DNA from: Acidobacteriota bacterium
GTDB taxonomy: Bacteria; Acidobacteriota; UBA890; WLXD01
DNA length: 64,000 nt
Assembly (NCBI GenBank): GCA_963666055.2
Contig: CAXWPH010000014.1
Coordinates: forward strand, 480,001-544,000
Direction: 5' to 3'
Below are positions 1 to 10,770 of the stretch, in pieces. Made by a program: the position numbers and the translations under genes. The first letter of the stretch is position 1; every line of letters begins with the position of its first letter. The notes beneath the pieces were generated by a model, which worked only from the letters and a program-made list of their open reading frames with translations, was not told the origin of the DNA and searched no databases.

Positions 1-1
1 C

Positions 2-1054
2 AGGGGCCAGCACCGTCCCTGCTCCGCCGCCGAGCACGCTCTCGAGCGCACCAGCCAGACGGCGGCCTAGATGGAGCGCCTCGCGACGATCTCGGCGATC
101 CCATATCGGCGAGAGGTCGCCCTCGGGCCCGTTCACAAAGGCCACGACAGGCGCATGGCCAGCATCGCCGAGGCTCTGTTCGGCTAGCGTCGCCGCGGCG
201 CCGAAGAGGTCGCCGTGATAAAGATCGAGGTCGGCGGGGAGGACGGTCGGGTGGACCGCATAGAAACCGAGAGCCCCGATCAGGCGGTCGCTGCCCACGT
301 CCCAGAACTTGAGGACGCTGAGCCTGGGCGCCACGGCTCTGTAGGCGTCGACAGACGGGTACAGGTCGTTGGTCGGACCTATCGGGGCGTTGCTGTTCTC
401 CGCGAGGATCTCGGCGCTGTCTCGATTCAGGAGGAACGCATCCAGACTTCGATTTCGGGCAACGCTGTAGACATCTCGAAAACCTACTTCGAGTTGCGCG
501 GCAGTCGACAGGGCGTTTTGCCGCGCCTCTAGAACGGAAACGGCGATCCGGTTTGCGAGGAACTCAAACAGCCGTTCGTCGAACCCCGCCCACCGAGACG
601 CCAAGTGGTTGTACACCGAAGCGGTGGCGAAGTTCCCGGGGCCGTGGTGGGTGTGGGTCGCGGCGAAGATGAAGTCACCGCGACCTATCGCAGGGCCCGG
701 TTCGGCACCGATGATCTCCGCAACGCGATCACCGAGACCGGCGGGCATGAAGGGAAGTTCGGATACCGCGATTACCAGCCGATGGCCACGCTGGTCCTGG
801 AGGTAGAACGTTCGCACGAAGAGCCGGGTCCAGAACCCACGCGCCGTTCTGGCGGAAACCGAATGTCCACCGGTCGAGATCCCCGGCGGCGGTGTGATGT
901 CCACGCGCGAGGCGCCGGCAACGAGCTGGGCTACCGAGACCGGCTCTTGAGGCGCCGGCACATCGATGCGGAGCGGCCTCGCGAAGGTACTGCAGGCTGC
1001 TGTCGCGACGACTGCTGCGAGGAGAAGGACAACCCTGAACGATCGAAGTTTCAT
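2..1054 (-). CDS. Neutral/alkaline ceramidase-like lipoprotein, partial (runs off the window edge)
   Basis: Not in the ORF track; translated by hand. GGAGG RBS, then MKLRSFRVVLLLAAVVATAAC (lipobox), AGASRVDITPPPG, ATHTHHGPG, YAVHPT and NGPEGDLSP motifs. Open to the edge. Confidence 0.8.
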   Translation of the reverse strand, partial: MKLRSFRVVLLLAAVVATAACSTFARPLRIDVPAPQEPVSVAQLVAGASRVDITPPPGISTGGHSVSARTARGFWTRLFVRTFYLQDQRGHRLVIAVSELPFMPAGLGDRVAEIIGAEPGPAIGRGDFIFAATHTHHGPGNFATASVYNHLASRWAGFDERLFEFLANRIAVSVLEARQNALSTAAQLEVGFRDVYSVARNRSLDAFLLNRDSAEILAENSNAPIGPTNDLYPSVDAYRAVAPRLSVLKFWDVGSDRLIGALGFYAVHPTVLPADLDLYHGDLFGAAATLAEQSLGDAGHAPVVAFVNGPEGDLSPIWDRRDRREALHLGRRLAGALESVLGGGAGTVLAP

Positions 1055-1350
1055 TCTTGCGCCTCCTCCGGTCGTCACCGACAACAGCAACCACGCGATT
1101 GCCGGACACTCGCGACGCGGTCACGGCGAGAGGGTACTGTCAAGTGAGGGGCGGCGAGGGCGCGTCCCGACTTAGTCGTGGAACTTTCTTGACGCGAGCG
1201 GCCTACGGAGCAGCGAACCTCGGCCCCGAGGGCTGACAACCGCCGTCGGACCAAGCGATGCGTCGCGCAATTGCTGACCGGCCATCCACAGACAGGAACT
1301 GCTACGATCGCGAGCTTCGATTCCTCGCGCCTCGAAAAGGGTCCGCCTCG

Positions 1351-2373
1351 ATGCCCGATAGCAACCGCGAAGTCCATCTTGTCGCCCGTCCCGAAGGTCT
1401 ACCCGAGCCCACCGACTTCAAGCTCGTCGAGCAGCCGATCCCCGAGCCAGGCGACGGCGAGCTCCTGGTGCGCAACATATATATGTCGGTCGACCCCTAC
1501 ATGCGCGGCCGAATGCGCGATGCCAAGTCGTACGTGCCACCGTTTCAAATCGGCGAAGTGCTGAGCGGCGGCGCGGTCGGACAGGTGGTGGAGTCGAACC
1601 ACCCCGACTACCAGACGGGCGACTTCGTGACCGGCATGGAGGGATGGCGCCAGTACTACAAGACCGACGGCACCGGCCAGCGCAAGATCGATCCCGCCGC
1701 CGCTCCGCTGTCGACCTATCTAGGGGTGCTCGGCATGCCCGGCATCACCGCCTACGTCGGCCTTCTCGATATCGGCAAGCCGAAAAAGGGCGAGACCCTG
1801 TTCGTCTCAGCGGCCGCCGGAGCGGTCGGCAGCCTGGTCGGACAACTGGGCAAGATCCAGGGTTGCCGGGTGGTCGGCAGCGCCGGCTCGCCAGAAAAGG
1901 TCGAGCTGTTGACGGGCGAGCTGGGGTTCGATGCCGCCTTCAGCTACAAAGGCGCCGACCTGCACAAGGAGCTGGCCGAGAGCTGCCCGGACGGCATCGA
2001 CGTCTACTTCGAAAACGTCGGCGGGCCGATGCTCGAGGCGGTGCTCGCGCACATGAACCCGTTCGGACGGATTCCAGTGTGCGGCATGATCGCCCACTAC
2101 AACGACGAAGAGCCGACGCCCGGGCCAAAGAATCTGTTCACCGTGATCTCCAAGCGGCTCTTGATGCAGGGCTTCATCTGTACGGACCGCCTCGATCGGC
2201 TCGGCGACTTCGCGCGCGACGTCGGCGGCTGGCTACACGAGGGCAAGGTCAAGTACCGCGAGACCATCGTCGAGGGCATCGATCACGCCGTCGAGGCGTT
2301 CATCGGCCTGCTGCGGGGGGAGAACATCGGCAAGATGCTGGTGCAGGTGGGAGACGACCCCAGGAAGGCGTAA
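1351..2373 (+). CDS. NADP-dependent oxidoreductase (prostaglandin reductase/CurA-like MDR family)
   Basis: YMSVDPYMRGRM, LGVLGMPGITAY, VSAAAGAVG, YFENVGG, GENIGKMLV. Confidence 0.93.
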   Translation: MPDSNREVHLVARPEGLPEPTDFKLVEQPIPEPGDGELLVRNIYMSVDPYMRGRMRDAKSYVPPFQIGEVLSGGAVGQVVESNHPDYQTGDFVTGMEGWRQYYKTDGTGQRKIDPAAAPLSTYLGVLGMPGITAYVGLLDIGKPKKGETLFVSAAAGAVGSLVGQLGKIQGCRVVGSAGSPEKVELLTGELGFDAAFSYKGADLHKELAESCPDGIDVYFENVGGPMLEAVLAHMNPFGRIPVCGMIAHYNDEEPTPGPKNLFTVISKRLLMQGFICTDRLDRLGDFARDVGGWLHEGKVKYRETIVEGIDHAVEAFIGLLRGENIGKMLVQVGDDPRKA

Positions 2374-2376
2374 TGC

Positions 2377-2766
2377 TCAACGTCCGGAACCCAGGAACGT
2401 GCCCCGACCGATAGCCACCAGGTCGCTATCGGCGGCGCGAACTTCCATGTCGGCGCGGCAGATCCGACGGCCGACCTTCACCACCCGACCGATCGCGACG
2501 AGGTCTCCCCGTAGGGCCGGCTTCAGGTAGTCGATGCGCAGATCGACGGTCGCGCCGCTCCCCTTGCCCGCCGCCATCACCACCGCGAACGCGCCCGCGA
2601 TGTCGGCCAGGGCGCAAATGATCCCGCCGTGGTACCAATCCGAGTCGTCCATCCTCAGGAAATCCTCTCGGAAAGGAAGACGTATCTCGATCAGACCCTC
2701 TTCCGCACGCACCAGCTCGGCGCCCAAGAACCGGGCGTAGGGTGACTGGTCGAGGCTGATCTCCAT
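2377..2766 (-). CDS. PaaI-family thioesterase
   Basis: HGGIICALADIA, TVDLRIDYLKP; true start is inside ORF 2377..3468. Confidence 0.88.
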   Translation of the reverse strand: MEISLDQSPYARFLGAELVRAEEGLIEIRLPFREDFLRMDDSDWYHGGIICALADIAGAFAVVMAAGKGSGATVDLRIDYLKPALRGDLVAIGRVVKVGRRICRADMEVRAADSDLVAIGRGTFLGSGR

Positions 2767-2921
2767 GGCTGCATCGTCGGGAGTGAGCAACGATCGCTCG
2801 GCACGAGGGGAGCGAAGGTAACACGCTGCGTGTACGAAGTAGGAGGAGCCGATCTCCGCTGTAGCCTCTCGCCAAACGCCCGGCATTGTAGGCACGCGGC
2901 AGGACTCGAAATATGCTATCG

Positions 2922-2950
2922 ATATGTATGATACATATATGTAACATATA
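2922..2950. promoter_or_regulatory. Two overlapping ATGT/ACAT palindromes, putative PadR operator
   Basis: ATATGTAT-G-ATACATAT (2922-2938) and TATATGT-A-ACATATA (2936-2950) in an AT-rich patch just upstream of padR. Confidence 0.6.
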
Positions 2951-2973
2951 GATTCCACACACCGGGAAAGGGC

Positions 2974-3306
2974 ATGGTAAGGCCACTCACCGCACACGGC
3001 TTTCAGATTCTTCTGGCGCTGTCCGACGAGGATCGGCACGGCAACGGCATCGTGCGGCGGGTGTTGGAGGTCACCGAAGGCGCCGTGCGCCTTTGGCCGG
3101 TAACCCTGTATCGAACCCTCGATGAGCTGCGCCACGCCGACCTGGTAGAGGAGCTCAGCGGCAGCGGCCACCCGCAAGGCGAGAGTCGGCGCCGACGCTT
3201 CTATCGCCTCACCGACGCGGGTGCCGACCGGCTGGCGGCGGAGGCGGATCGGCTCGACCAGCTTGCCTCGGTAGCACGGCGTAATCTCGGACACCGCGGC
3301 GCATGA
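2974..3306 (+). CDS. PadR-family transcriptional regulator
   Basis: ILLALSDEDRHG..I, TLYRTL, RRRFYRLTDAG; ATGA overlap with the permease. Confidence 0.92.
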   Translation: MVRPLTAHGFQILLALSDEDRHGNGIVRRVLEVTEGAVRLWPVTLYRTLDELRHADLVEELSGSGHPQGESRRRRFYRLTDAGADRLAAEADRLDQLASVARRNLGHRGA

Positions 3307-5981
3307 GCAAGCCCTGGCCCTATCGCGCTCTGCTGCGCATGCTACCGCCCAGCTTTCGGGCTCGGCATCGTGCCGCCATCGACGAGGCGCTGGCCGCGGC
3401 GTGGAACGAGTCGGGTGCCGTCTCACCGGCCTGGAGGTTCTGGCTGCGCGCCAGCCTCGACCTGTCAACGGGCCTGCTGCCCGCTTGGATCAGCACCATG
3501 CAACGTAGGTTTCCCACGCGCCGGTCGGACCGACACGACGACGAGGCAACATCAATGGATGGATGGTTGCAGGACATTCGCTACGCCGCCCGTGGGTTGA
3601 TACGGGCCCCCGCTCTGACCCTCCTTTGTACCGCGGCGATCGGTCTCGGCATGGGTGCCAACACGGCCGTGTTCACGCTCGTCAACGAGATCCTGCTGCG
3701 GCCGCTTCCGGTGCGCGAGCCCGCGCAACTGGTCGACGTGCACCTCGACCAGCCCGGTGCCAACAGCTTCCTCGGCTTCTCGTTTCTGGAGTATGAAGAC
3801 TACCGCTCCCGCCGGAAATCGCTCGAGGGATTGGTGGCGCACAGTGGCATCGGGTTGCGTCTTGGCGACCAAGTCGGCGGCGACCGCATCCGTGGTCAGC
3901 TGAACTCTGCCGACTACTTCGAGGTGCTCGGCGTCACTCCGGCCCGCGGCCGCACGTTCACTGCCCGGGAGGCAGAGACCGAGGGCCGCGGCAACGTCGC
4001 CGTAGTCAGCCACGGGTTCTGGCAGCGACGCTTCGCCGGCTCCGACGACCTGCTCGGCAGCGATATCGAGCTCAACGGTATCGACTTTACCGTTGTGGGA
4101 ATCCTGCCAGCCGGGTTCACCGGGCGGTTCATTGGCTTCCCGTCGGAGGTGTGGCTACCACTGGCGATGATGGATCGGCTACGACCGGGCACCGAATTGC
4201 GCTCGCGCGCCGAGCAGGGGCTGGAGATATTCGGGCGTCTGCGCGCCGAGGATTCGATTGCCGCCGCCGCCGATGAGCTCAACGCCATCGCGGCGCAGCC
4301 GGAGCGCGAACATCCCGACATGAACCGTAACCGACGCGTTACGTTATCGGTCTTCAGCGGTCTCGACCAGAGCCTGGTAAGCCCGGTGATGGGGTTCCTT
4401 GGCATCCTCTTGGTGTTGTCGACGCTGGTGTTGCTGGCGGCGTGTCTCAATGTCGGCAACCTGCTGCTGGCACGCGGCCCCGCACGGCGCGCCGAGATCG
4501 CCACGCGAGTGGCCTTGGGCGCCACACCGGCACGGATGGTGCGGCAGATCCTCACTGAGACCCTGCTGCTGTTCGCGCTCGGTGCCGGCGCGGCCGTGCT
4601 GGTAGCGTTGCAGGTGAACGGGCTGCTGGGCGCCTTCATCGAGTCGCTTCCCGTAGGGCTCGGCTTCAGCCTGACGCTCGACGCTCGGGTACTGGCGATA
4701 ACCGGGGCCGTGGCGCTGATCACCGCGCTGGCAACCGGGCTCGGCCCCGCTCTGAAAGCGATCCGCGGCGGGCAGGCGGCGGTGCTGCGCACCTCGCGCA
4801 GCGGTGACTCGAATACCACTCGACTCCGCCAATTGTTCGTGGTGGGGCAGGTCGCGGTATCGGTTGTGTTGCTGATCACCGCCAGCTTGTTCCTGCGTGC
4901 TTTTCAGCGCGGGCAACAGCTCGATCCCGGGTTCTCGACGAACGGTCTGAGCATGGCCAGCGTGGGGCTGCCCCCAGAGAGTTATTCCGATGGCGAGGCG
5001 CGGGTGTTCTTTCAGGCGCTCGCCGCCGGTCTGGCCACCGAGCCCGATATCGCTGCGGTGGGGTTGACCGCCAACACACCGCTGGGGGTGGCGCGCAGCC
5101 CGATGGCGATGACCGTCCCCGGGCAGGAGCCGCCGCAGGGGCAGGACGCCTTCTTCATCGATGTACACGTGGTGAGCGCTGATTACTTCGACGCGGTGGG
5201 CATCGTCGTACAGGAGGGTAGCGCGCTGCGCGCCGTCGACGACGCTACCGGGGCTCCGGTGGCGGTCGTAAACGCTCGCATGGCGGCGCGCTTCTGGCCG
5301 CGCGGTGCAGTGGGCCAGCGCCTGATGATCGACGGCGGGGAGATCGAGATCATCGGCGTGGTCGGAGACACGCGCTACGTGATCCAGAGTGACACCGTCG
5401 ATCCGCTGGTGTACCTGCCATTCGCGCAGCACCCCGGCGGGCGCATGAGCCTGGTGCTCCGCAGCGACACGGCACCGGGCACCCTGCAGCGTCTGGTGGC
5501 CGAACATCTGGCGCGTGCTGACGCCACGCTGCAGGTCCCCACGGTGGGAAGGCTGTCGGAGTTGATCGAGATCTTCCTGCTGCCGCAACGACTGGCCAGC
5601 CGGGTGGCCGGGGCACTCGGCGCCTTGGGCTTCCTGCTCGCAGTTGCGGGTGTCTACGGCATCGTCTCCTACACCCTCGGTCAACGGCGGCGCGAGCTCG
5701 GCATCCGCATGGCGCTCGGCGGGCGTCCGGCCGACGTCCGGTCGCTGATGCTGAAGTTCGGGCTGCGGATCGTCGGCGCCGGCAGCGCCGCTGGCCTGGT
5801 CGTGTCGGCCCTGCTCGGCCCGTTACTGCGCGACTTCCTGGTCGGTGTGGCGCCGACCGACCCACTGACGATGCTCACCGTGGTCGCCTCGCTCGGTGCC
5901 TCCGCATTGCTGGCGGCCTACGTGCCGGCACGCCGTGCGGCCGCCATCGACCCGGCAACAGCGCTCCGCTACGACGTCTGA
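3303..5981 (+). CDS. ADOP-type duplicated ABC permease (MacB/FtsX repeats)
   Basis: QDIRYAARGL, LLAACLNVGNLLLAR, QRRRELGIRMALG, PARRAAAIDPATALR. Confidence 0.93.
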   Translation: MSKPWPYRALLRMLPPSFRARHRAAIDEALAAAWNESGAVSPAWRFWLRASLDLSTGLLPAWISTMQRRFPTRRSDRHDDEATSMDGWLQDIRYAARGLIRAPALTLLCTAAIGLGMGANTAVFTLVNEILLRPLPVREPAQLVDVHLDQPGANSFLGFSFLEYEDYRSRRKSLEGLVAHSGIGLRLGDQVGGDRIRGQLNSADYFEVLGVTPARGRTFTAREAETEGRGNVAVVSHGFWQRRFAGSDDLLGSDIELNGIDFTVVGILPAGFTGRFIGFPSEVWLPLAMMDRLRPGTELRSRAEQGLEIFGRLRAEDSIAAAADELNAIAAQPEREHPDMNRNRRVTLSVFSGLDQSLVSPVMGFLGILLVLSTLVLLAACLNVGNLLLARGPARRAEIATRVALGATPARMVRQILTETLLLFALGAGAAVLVALQVNGLLGAFIESLPVGLGFSLTLDARVLAITGAVALITALATGLGPALKAIRGGQAAVLRTSRSGDSNTTRLRQLFVVGQVAVSVVLLITASLFLRAFQRGQQLDPGFSTNGLSMASVGLPPESYSDGEARVFFQALAAGLATEPDIAAVGLTANTPLGVARSPMAMTVPGQEPPQGQDAFFIDVHVVSADYFDAVGIVVQEGSALRAVDDATGAPVAVVNARMAARFWPRGAVGQRLMIDGGEIEIIGVVGDTRYVIQSDTVDPLVYLPFAQHPGGRMSLVLRSDTAPGTLQRLVAEHLARADATLQVPTVGRLSELIEIFLLPQRLASRVAGALGALGFLLAVAGVYGIVSYTLGQRRRELGIRMALGGRPADVRSLMLKFGLRIVGAGSAAGLVVSALLGPLLRDFLVGVAPTDPLTMLTVVASLGASALLAAYVPARRAAAIDPATALRYDV

Positions 5982-6162
5982 CCCGCGCGCCGAACGCTTT
6001 GCCTGCTTGGCGCTGAGTCGCTTCTCGCCGGCGCCCGGTCGACATCGGCTTCCCGTAGGCGTACCACCACGGTCTGCTAGTACGCTATTTTGTCCGCGTA
6101 TCCGCAGGCTCAACCCCGCCGATACGCAGTGCCTCGCTCACACGAAACGGGTGAACCCTCAC

Positions 6163-8775
6163 ATGCTGAGAACCCTTGCACTCATCGCAGCCTTGCAGAT
6201 CGCCGCTCCGGCCCAAGAACTGGTTGTCGGCGCGCGCTACGACCCGAGTATTCCGACGCTCAAGGAAGCGGTCGGGCACGACTTTCGGGAGGAGATAACC
6301 CCACCCGACGAGATCGTTCTGTATATGGAGATACTCGCCGCATCCGCGCCGCAGCGCACACGTCTGATTCAGTATGCCGAGAGCTGGGAGGGACGTCCGC
6401 TGGTCGTCATGGTGATCGGCTCGGCGGAGCGCATGGCTCGGCTCGACGAGGTCAAGGCCGACCTGCGACGACTCGCCTACCCCGAAGGTCTCTCGGAGGC
6501 GGAGGCCACCGAGCTCATCGGTCGGCTACCTGTCGTGACGGCCCTCATGCACGGGGTGCATGGCAACGAGATCAGCTCCAACGGCGCCGCCATGGCCGAG
6601 GCCTACCACCTGCTCGCGGCGCAGGGAGACGCCACCGTCGACCTGATCCTGGCGGAGTCGCTGGTGCTCATCGATCCGGCCGAGAACCCGGACGGGCGTG
6701 CCCGATTCGTACAACAGAACACCATGGGCCAAGCTCGCTGGCCCGACCCGGCGCCCTTCTCAGCCGAGCACGACGAGCCCTGGCCGGGCGGGCGCGTGAA
6801 CCACTACCTGTTCGACCTCAACCGCGACCTGTTTATCCAGAGCCAGGCGGAGACGCGCGGCAAGGTGAAGCTGTTCCTCGACTTCTGGCCGCAGATCGTC
6901 GTCGACCTGCACGAGATGGGGGGCGACGCGACCTACTTTTTCCCGCCCACCGCACCCCCGTCCAACCCCTGGTACGGCGAGCGTCAGATCGCCCTGATGG
7001 ACGTGTTCGGTCGCGCCAACGCGACGGCGTTTGATCGGCGCGGCTTCGCCTATTTCAACCGCGACGTCTACGACCTGTTCTATCCGGGCTATGTCGACAT
7101 GTGGCCGATGGGCCACGGGGCGCTCGGCATGACCTACGAGCAGGCCTCGGCTCGGGCGCTCGTGTTGAAGCGTTCCGACGGCGATCTGCTGACCTACGGA
7201 GACGGCGTGCTGCACCACTTCACCGCGGCGATCACCAGCGCCGAGACCGCAGCACGCAACCGTGAGCGAATCCTGCGCGATTACCTGGAATTTCGACGCG
7301 AGGGGGTCGAGCTCGGCCAGCGGGGGCCGGCAGAGCTCGTACTGCACTCCGCCCACGACCCTGGGATGGCAGAGCGACTGGCGCGCATGCTGGTTAGAAA
7401 CGGGATCGAAGTGCGGGAAGCGACTGGTGCCGTCACGATCGGAGACCGCACGCTGTCAGCCGCCGGCACTTACATCGTGCCGATGGCGTAGCCGGCGCAT
7501 CGTTTCGCGCACAACCTGCTGGACGAGCACGTGCCGATGGACGAGGACTTCGTCCGCCGGCAGCTAGAGCTGCGCGAGGCGCGCAAGCGCGACGAGATCT
7601 ACGACCTGACAGCTTGGAGCCAGCCGCTGCTGTGGGACGTCGAGGTGCTCGAGGCGGAGGCGGCGACCGGAGCGGCCGGCAGCCTCATAAGCCCCGAGCC
7701 AGCCGCGACCGTAGCCGACACAACGCTGCCTCCTGCGCAGGTCGGATACCTGATTCCGTGGGGCACCAGCGGTGCAGCGACGGTCGCCGAGGCGCTCCGC
7801 GAGGGTATCCGCGTGCGCTCGGGCGGCGGTGAGTTCACCCTCGGGGACCGACAGTACGCCGTCGGCACAGCGATCGTCCGCACGGCGGAGAACGGGCCGG
7901 ATCTGAGGGAGCGGCTGGGTCGAATCGCCGCGACCCACCGGGCCGAGGTCGTTGCCATCGACGACTCCTATGTACGCGACGGCATGTCGCTCGGAAGCCG
8001 GCGCGTCTCGGCGCTGCGGGATCCGCGCGTCATGCTGGTCTACGACGCGCCGGGAAGATCCTACTCGGTTGGCTGGGCCCGGTACGTGCTCGAGCGCCGC
8101 TACGGTGTGCGCACCACCGCGGTGCGCGCTTCGAGCCTCGGGCGGGCGGCGCTCAGCGACTTCGACGTCATCGTCTTTCCCAGCGGAGACTATGAAGGCT
8201 CCGTCGATTCCGGGATGCTCGACGCGATCCGCCGATGGATGCGAGAAGGCGGAACCGTCATCACGCTGGCCGAGTCGACGCGCTGGGCATCGCGCTCGGG
8301 TCTGCTGGCAACCACCGCGGAGCGGCGCGGCGGCCGCGCCGAGGACGATGACCCCGACGCAGGCGAACCACCCGAGCAACCGATCGAGTACCTGGAAGAG
8401 ATCGTGCCCGAGGACGAGTCGCCAGAATCCGTCCCGGGCGCCATCCTACGCGTGGTGCTCGACACCGAGCACTGGCTGGCCGCCGGTACCGATGGTGAGA
8501 TCAGCGTGCTCGTCGAGGGAACGCGTGTGTTCCGCCCCGTCAAGCTGGGCGACGGAACCAACGTCGGTCGCTACGGTGAGCTCGACAACCTGGTGCTGAG
8601 CGGCATCGTCTGGGACGAGGGCCGTCCGCAGCTCGCCAGCAAGGCCTTCCTGATCCACCAGCCGGTCGGGCGAGGCCAGATCGTCGCCTTCGCGGAGGAT
8701 CCCAACTACCGGGCATACACCGAGGCAACCCAGCTGCTGTTCATCAACGCCGTGCTGCTGGGGCCGGGACGGTAG
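6163..8775 (+). pseudogene. M14 zinc carboxypeptidase with C-terminal GATase-like domain, interrupted by an in-frame TAG at 7489-7491
   Basis: HGVHGNE, NPDG, DLNRD, DLHEM motifs; ORFs 5896..7491 and 7531..8775 are in the same frame. Confidence 0.85.
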
Positions 8776-8902
8776 ACCTACCAGAGCACGCGATTCCAAC
8801 CTGGATCGTGATGTCGCGATCAAGGTTCCCTTCGACGGGAGTTTGGAGACACCCTCTGGCTGCGGTCGCGAACACGGAGCGGGACACCCCGAGACACAAA
8901 CA

Positions 8903-10273
8903 ATGAGCACCAAGGCAATAGGAGCCCTCGTCCTCACCATGGCGGTCGCCGGCGTCGGCCTCGAGGCCGGTGAGAACGACTGGCCACAGTGGCGCGGCGT
9001 CGACCGTCTTGGGCACTGGAATGACACCGGCATCGTCGACACGCTCCCCGCCGAGCTTCGGGTCACATGGCGTGTACCGATCAACGCAGGCTACGCTGGG
9101 CCCTCGGTTGCCGACGGACGGGTCTTCGTCACGGATTGGGCTGAAGACCCCGAGTCGCGAACGATGGACGGCACCGAACGCTTGCTCGCGCTGGACGAGC
9201 AGACGGGGGAAATCCTCTGGACGCACGCGTGGCAGACCAGCTACCGGATGCTGATGGCGTCCTATGCGATCGGGCCGCGGGCCACGCCCACCATCGACGG
9301 CGACCGTGTCTATGTCCTCGGCGCCACCGGTAGGCTCTTCTGCCTGGACGTCGAGACCGGCGCGGTCCGGTGGCACATCAGCTACGCCGACGATTACGGG
9401 ACCAGCATCCCAACCTGGGGCACCACCAGCGCGCCCCTCGTCGACGGCGACATCTTGATCGCGGTGGTCGGCGCAGAACCAGATGGCATGGTTATGGCGT
9501 TCGATAAGCACACGGGTGCAGAGCGCTGGCGCGCTGTCCGGGTTAGCGGCGAAATGGGCTACAGCCAACCGGTGATTTACCAAGCGGGTGGTGTCCGTCA
9601 GTTGATCGTCTGGCATGCCTCCGCGCTCGTCTCGCTGGACCCAGACACCGGCGCGATTTACTGGGAGCAGCCGATCGAGGCCGGCGCCGGCATGGCGGTC
9701 GCGACCCCGGTCAAGGCCGGCGACTATCTCCTGGTCTCCCAGCTCCACAACGGCTCGACGATGATGCGGCTGAGCTCGGATCGACCGGCGGCGACGGTGT
9801 TGTGGCAAGGACAGAGTCGCAACCTGGACCGGCCCGAGGGGCTCCATACGACGATCAGCAGTCCGATCATCATCGGCGACTACTTCTATGGTTTGGGGGT
9901 CAACGGCGAGCTCCGTGGTCTCGACGCCCGGACCGGCGAGCGGGTGTGGGAAGACCTCACGATGAACGCCAACGAGCGTCAGCAGTGGGGAGTAATCCGG
10001 TGGGGTACGGCCTTCATGGTGCGACAGGGCGATCGCTACTTCATCAACAGCGACGAGGGGAACCTGATCATCGCGCGGTTCACGCCGCAGGGCGACCAGG
10101 AGCTCAGCCGGACGCGGCTGATCGAGCCGACTACCAGCGCCGGTATCGGTGTCAGGCGGCGCTACGACCGCCTCGTCAACTGGTCGCACCCCGCCTACGC
10201 GAACCGCCATATCGTGCACCGCAACGACCGCGAGATTCTCCGCGCCTCGCTGGCGGCGGCCGACTACGACTAA
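8903..10273 (+). CDS. PQQ-binding-like beta-propeller protein
   Basis: Signal peptide, DWPQWRG, repeated ALDxxTGxxxW, WSHPAYAN. Confidence 0.9.
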   Translation: MSTKAIGALVLTMAVAGVGLEAGENDWPQWRGVDRLGHWNDTGIVDTLPAELRVTWRVPINAGYAGPSVADGRVFVTDWAEDPESRTMDGTERLLALDEQTGEILWTHAWQTSYRMLMASYAIGPRATPTIDGDRVYVLGATGRLFCLDVETGAVRWHISYADDYGTSIPTWGTTSAPLVDGDILIAVVGAEPDGMVMAFDKHTGAERWRAVRVSGEMGYSQPVIYQAGGVRQLIVWHASALVSLDPDTGAIYWEQPIEAGAGMAVATPVKAGDYLLVSQLHNGSTMMRLSSDRPAATVLWQGQSRNLDRPEGLHTTISSPIIIGDYFYGLGVNGELRGLDARTGERVWEDLTMNANERQQWGVIRWGTAFMVRQGDRYFINSDEGNLIIARFTPQGDQELSRTRLIEPTTSAGIGVRRRYDRLVNWSHPAYANRHIVHRNDREILRASLAAADYD

Positions 10274-10346
10274 TGGGCGCCGCCGTGAGTCACTCGAACA
10301 GTCTGCGGCGGACCAGCGACAACCGCGTTCGTCCCGTCGCAAGACC

Positions 10347-10607
10347 CTATCTGGCCACCAGCGCCGTGGGTGGCGAGACCCGACCGATCTGGTCAGGATC
10401 GGTCGGGTCGGGCAATTCCCACCCGGTGACCAGCTGGTCCGGCTGTGGAAACGGCAGCGGGCGCAGCATGACGCCGTAGACGAGGCTGAAGATCGCGGTG
10501 GTGGCGCCAATGCCGAACGCGAGCGTCAGGACGGCCACGGCCGTGAAGCCGGGGGTGTTCCTATGACTGCGGGCAGCGTAGCGAACGTCTTGGAGGAGTG
10601 CGCCCAT
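10347..10607 (-). pseudogene. Truncated ADOP permease N-terminus
   Basis: [44 protein letters not shown], then a stop after about 86 aa. Confidence 0.85.
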
Positions 10608-10713
10608 AGGAGAAATCGCTCCCTTCGGAGATTCGTGTGCACCTGGAAGGGTGGCCGGCGGCCGCAGGCGCGCTGGGATCAGCGGGAAGGACACCTCGAT
10701 ACCGAGTTGATTA

Positions 10714-10742
10714 TTAGCCAAGGCTAAATTAGCCTTGGCTAA
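10714..10742. promoter_or_regulatory. Tandem TTAGCC-N2-GGCTAA palindromes, putative MntR/DtxR-family operator
   Basis: TTAGCCAAGGCTAA-A-TTAGCCTTGGCTAA: a perfect 14-bp inverted repeat whose halves are each palindromic. Confidence 0.65.
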
Positions 10743-10770
10743 CTTTTCGATCATCTCCTCGGACCAACCC

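Noticed and set aside
215-1147. Plus-strand ORFs at the window start
   Set aside because: The real gene is the minus-strand ceramidase-like CDS missing from the track.
7489-7491. Pyrrolysine or genome-wide TAG recoding
   Set aside because: Other genes here end normally at TAG (8775, 42399, 61808) and no pyl genes are seen.
8744-10510. 588-aa minus-strand ORF
   Set aside because: Antisense shadow of the PQQ-propeller gene; no motifs.
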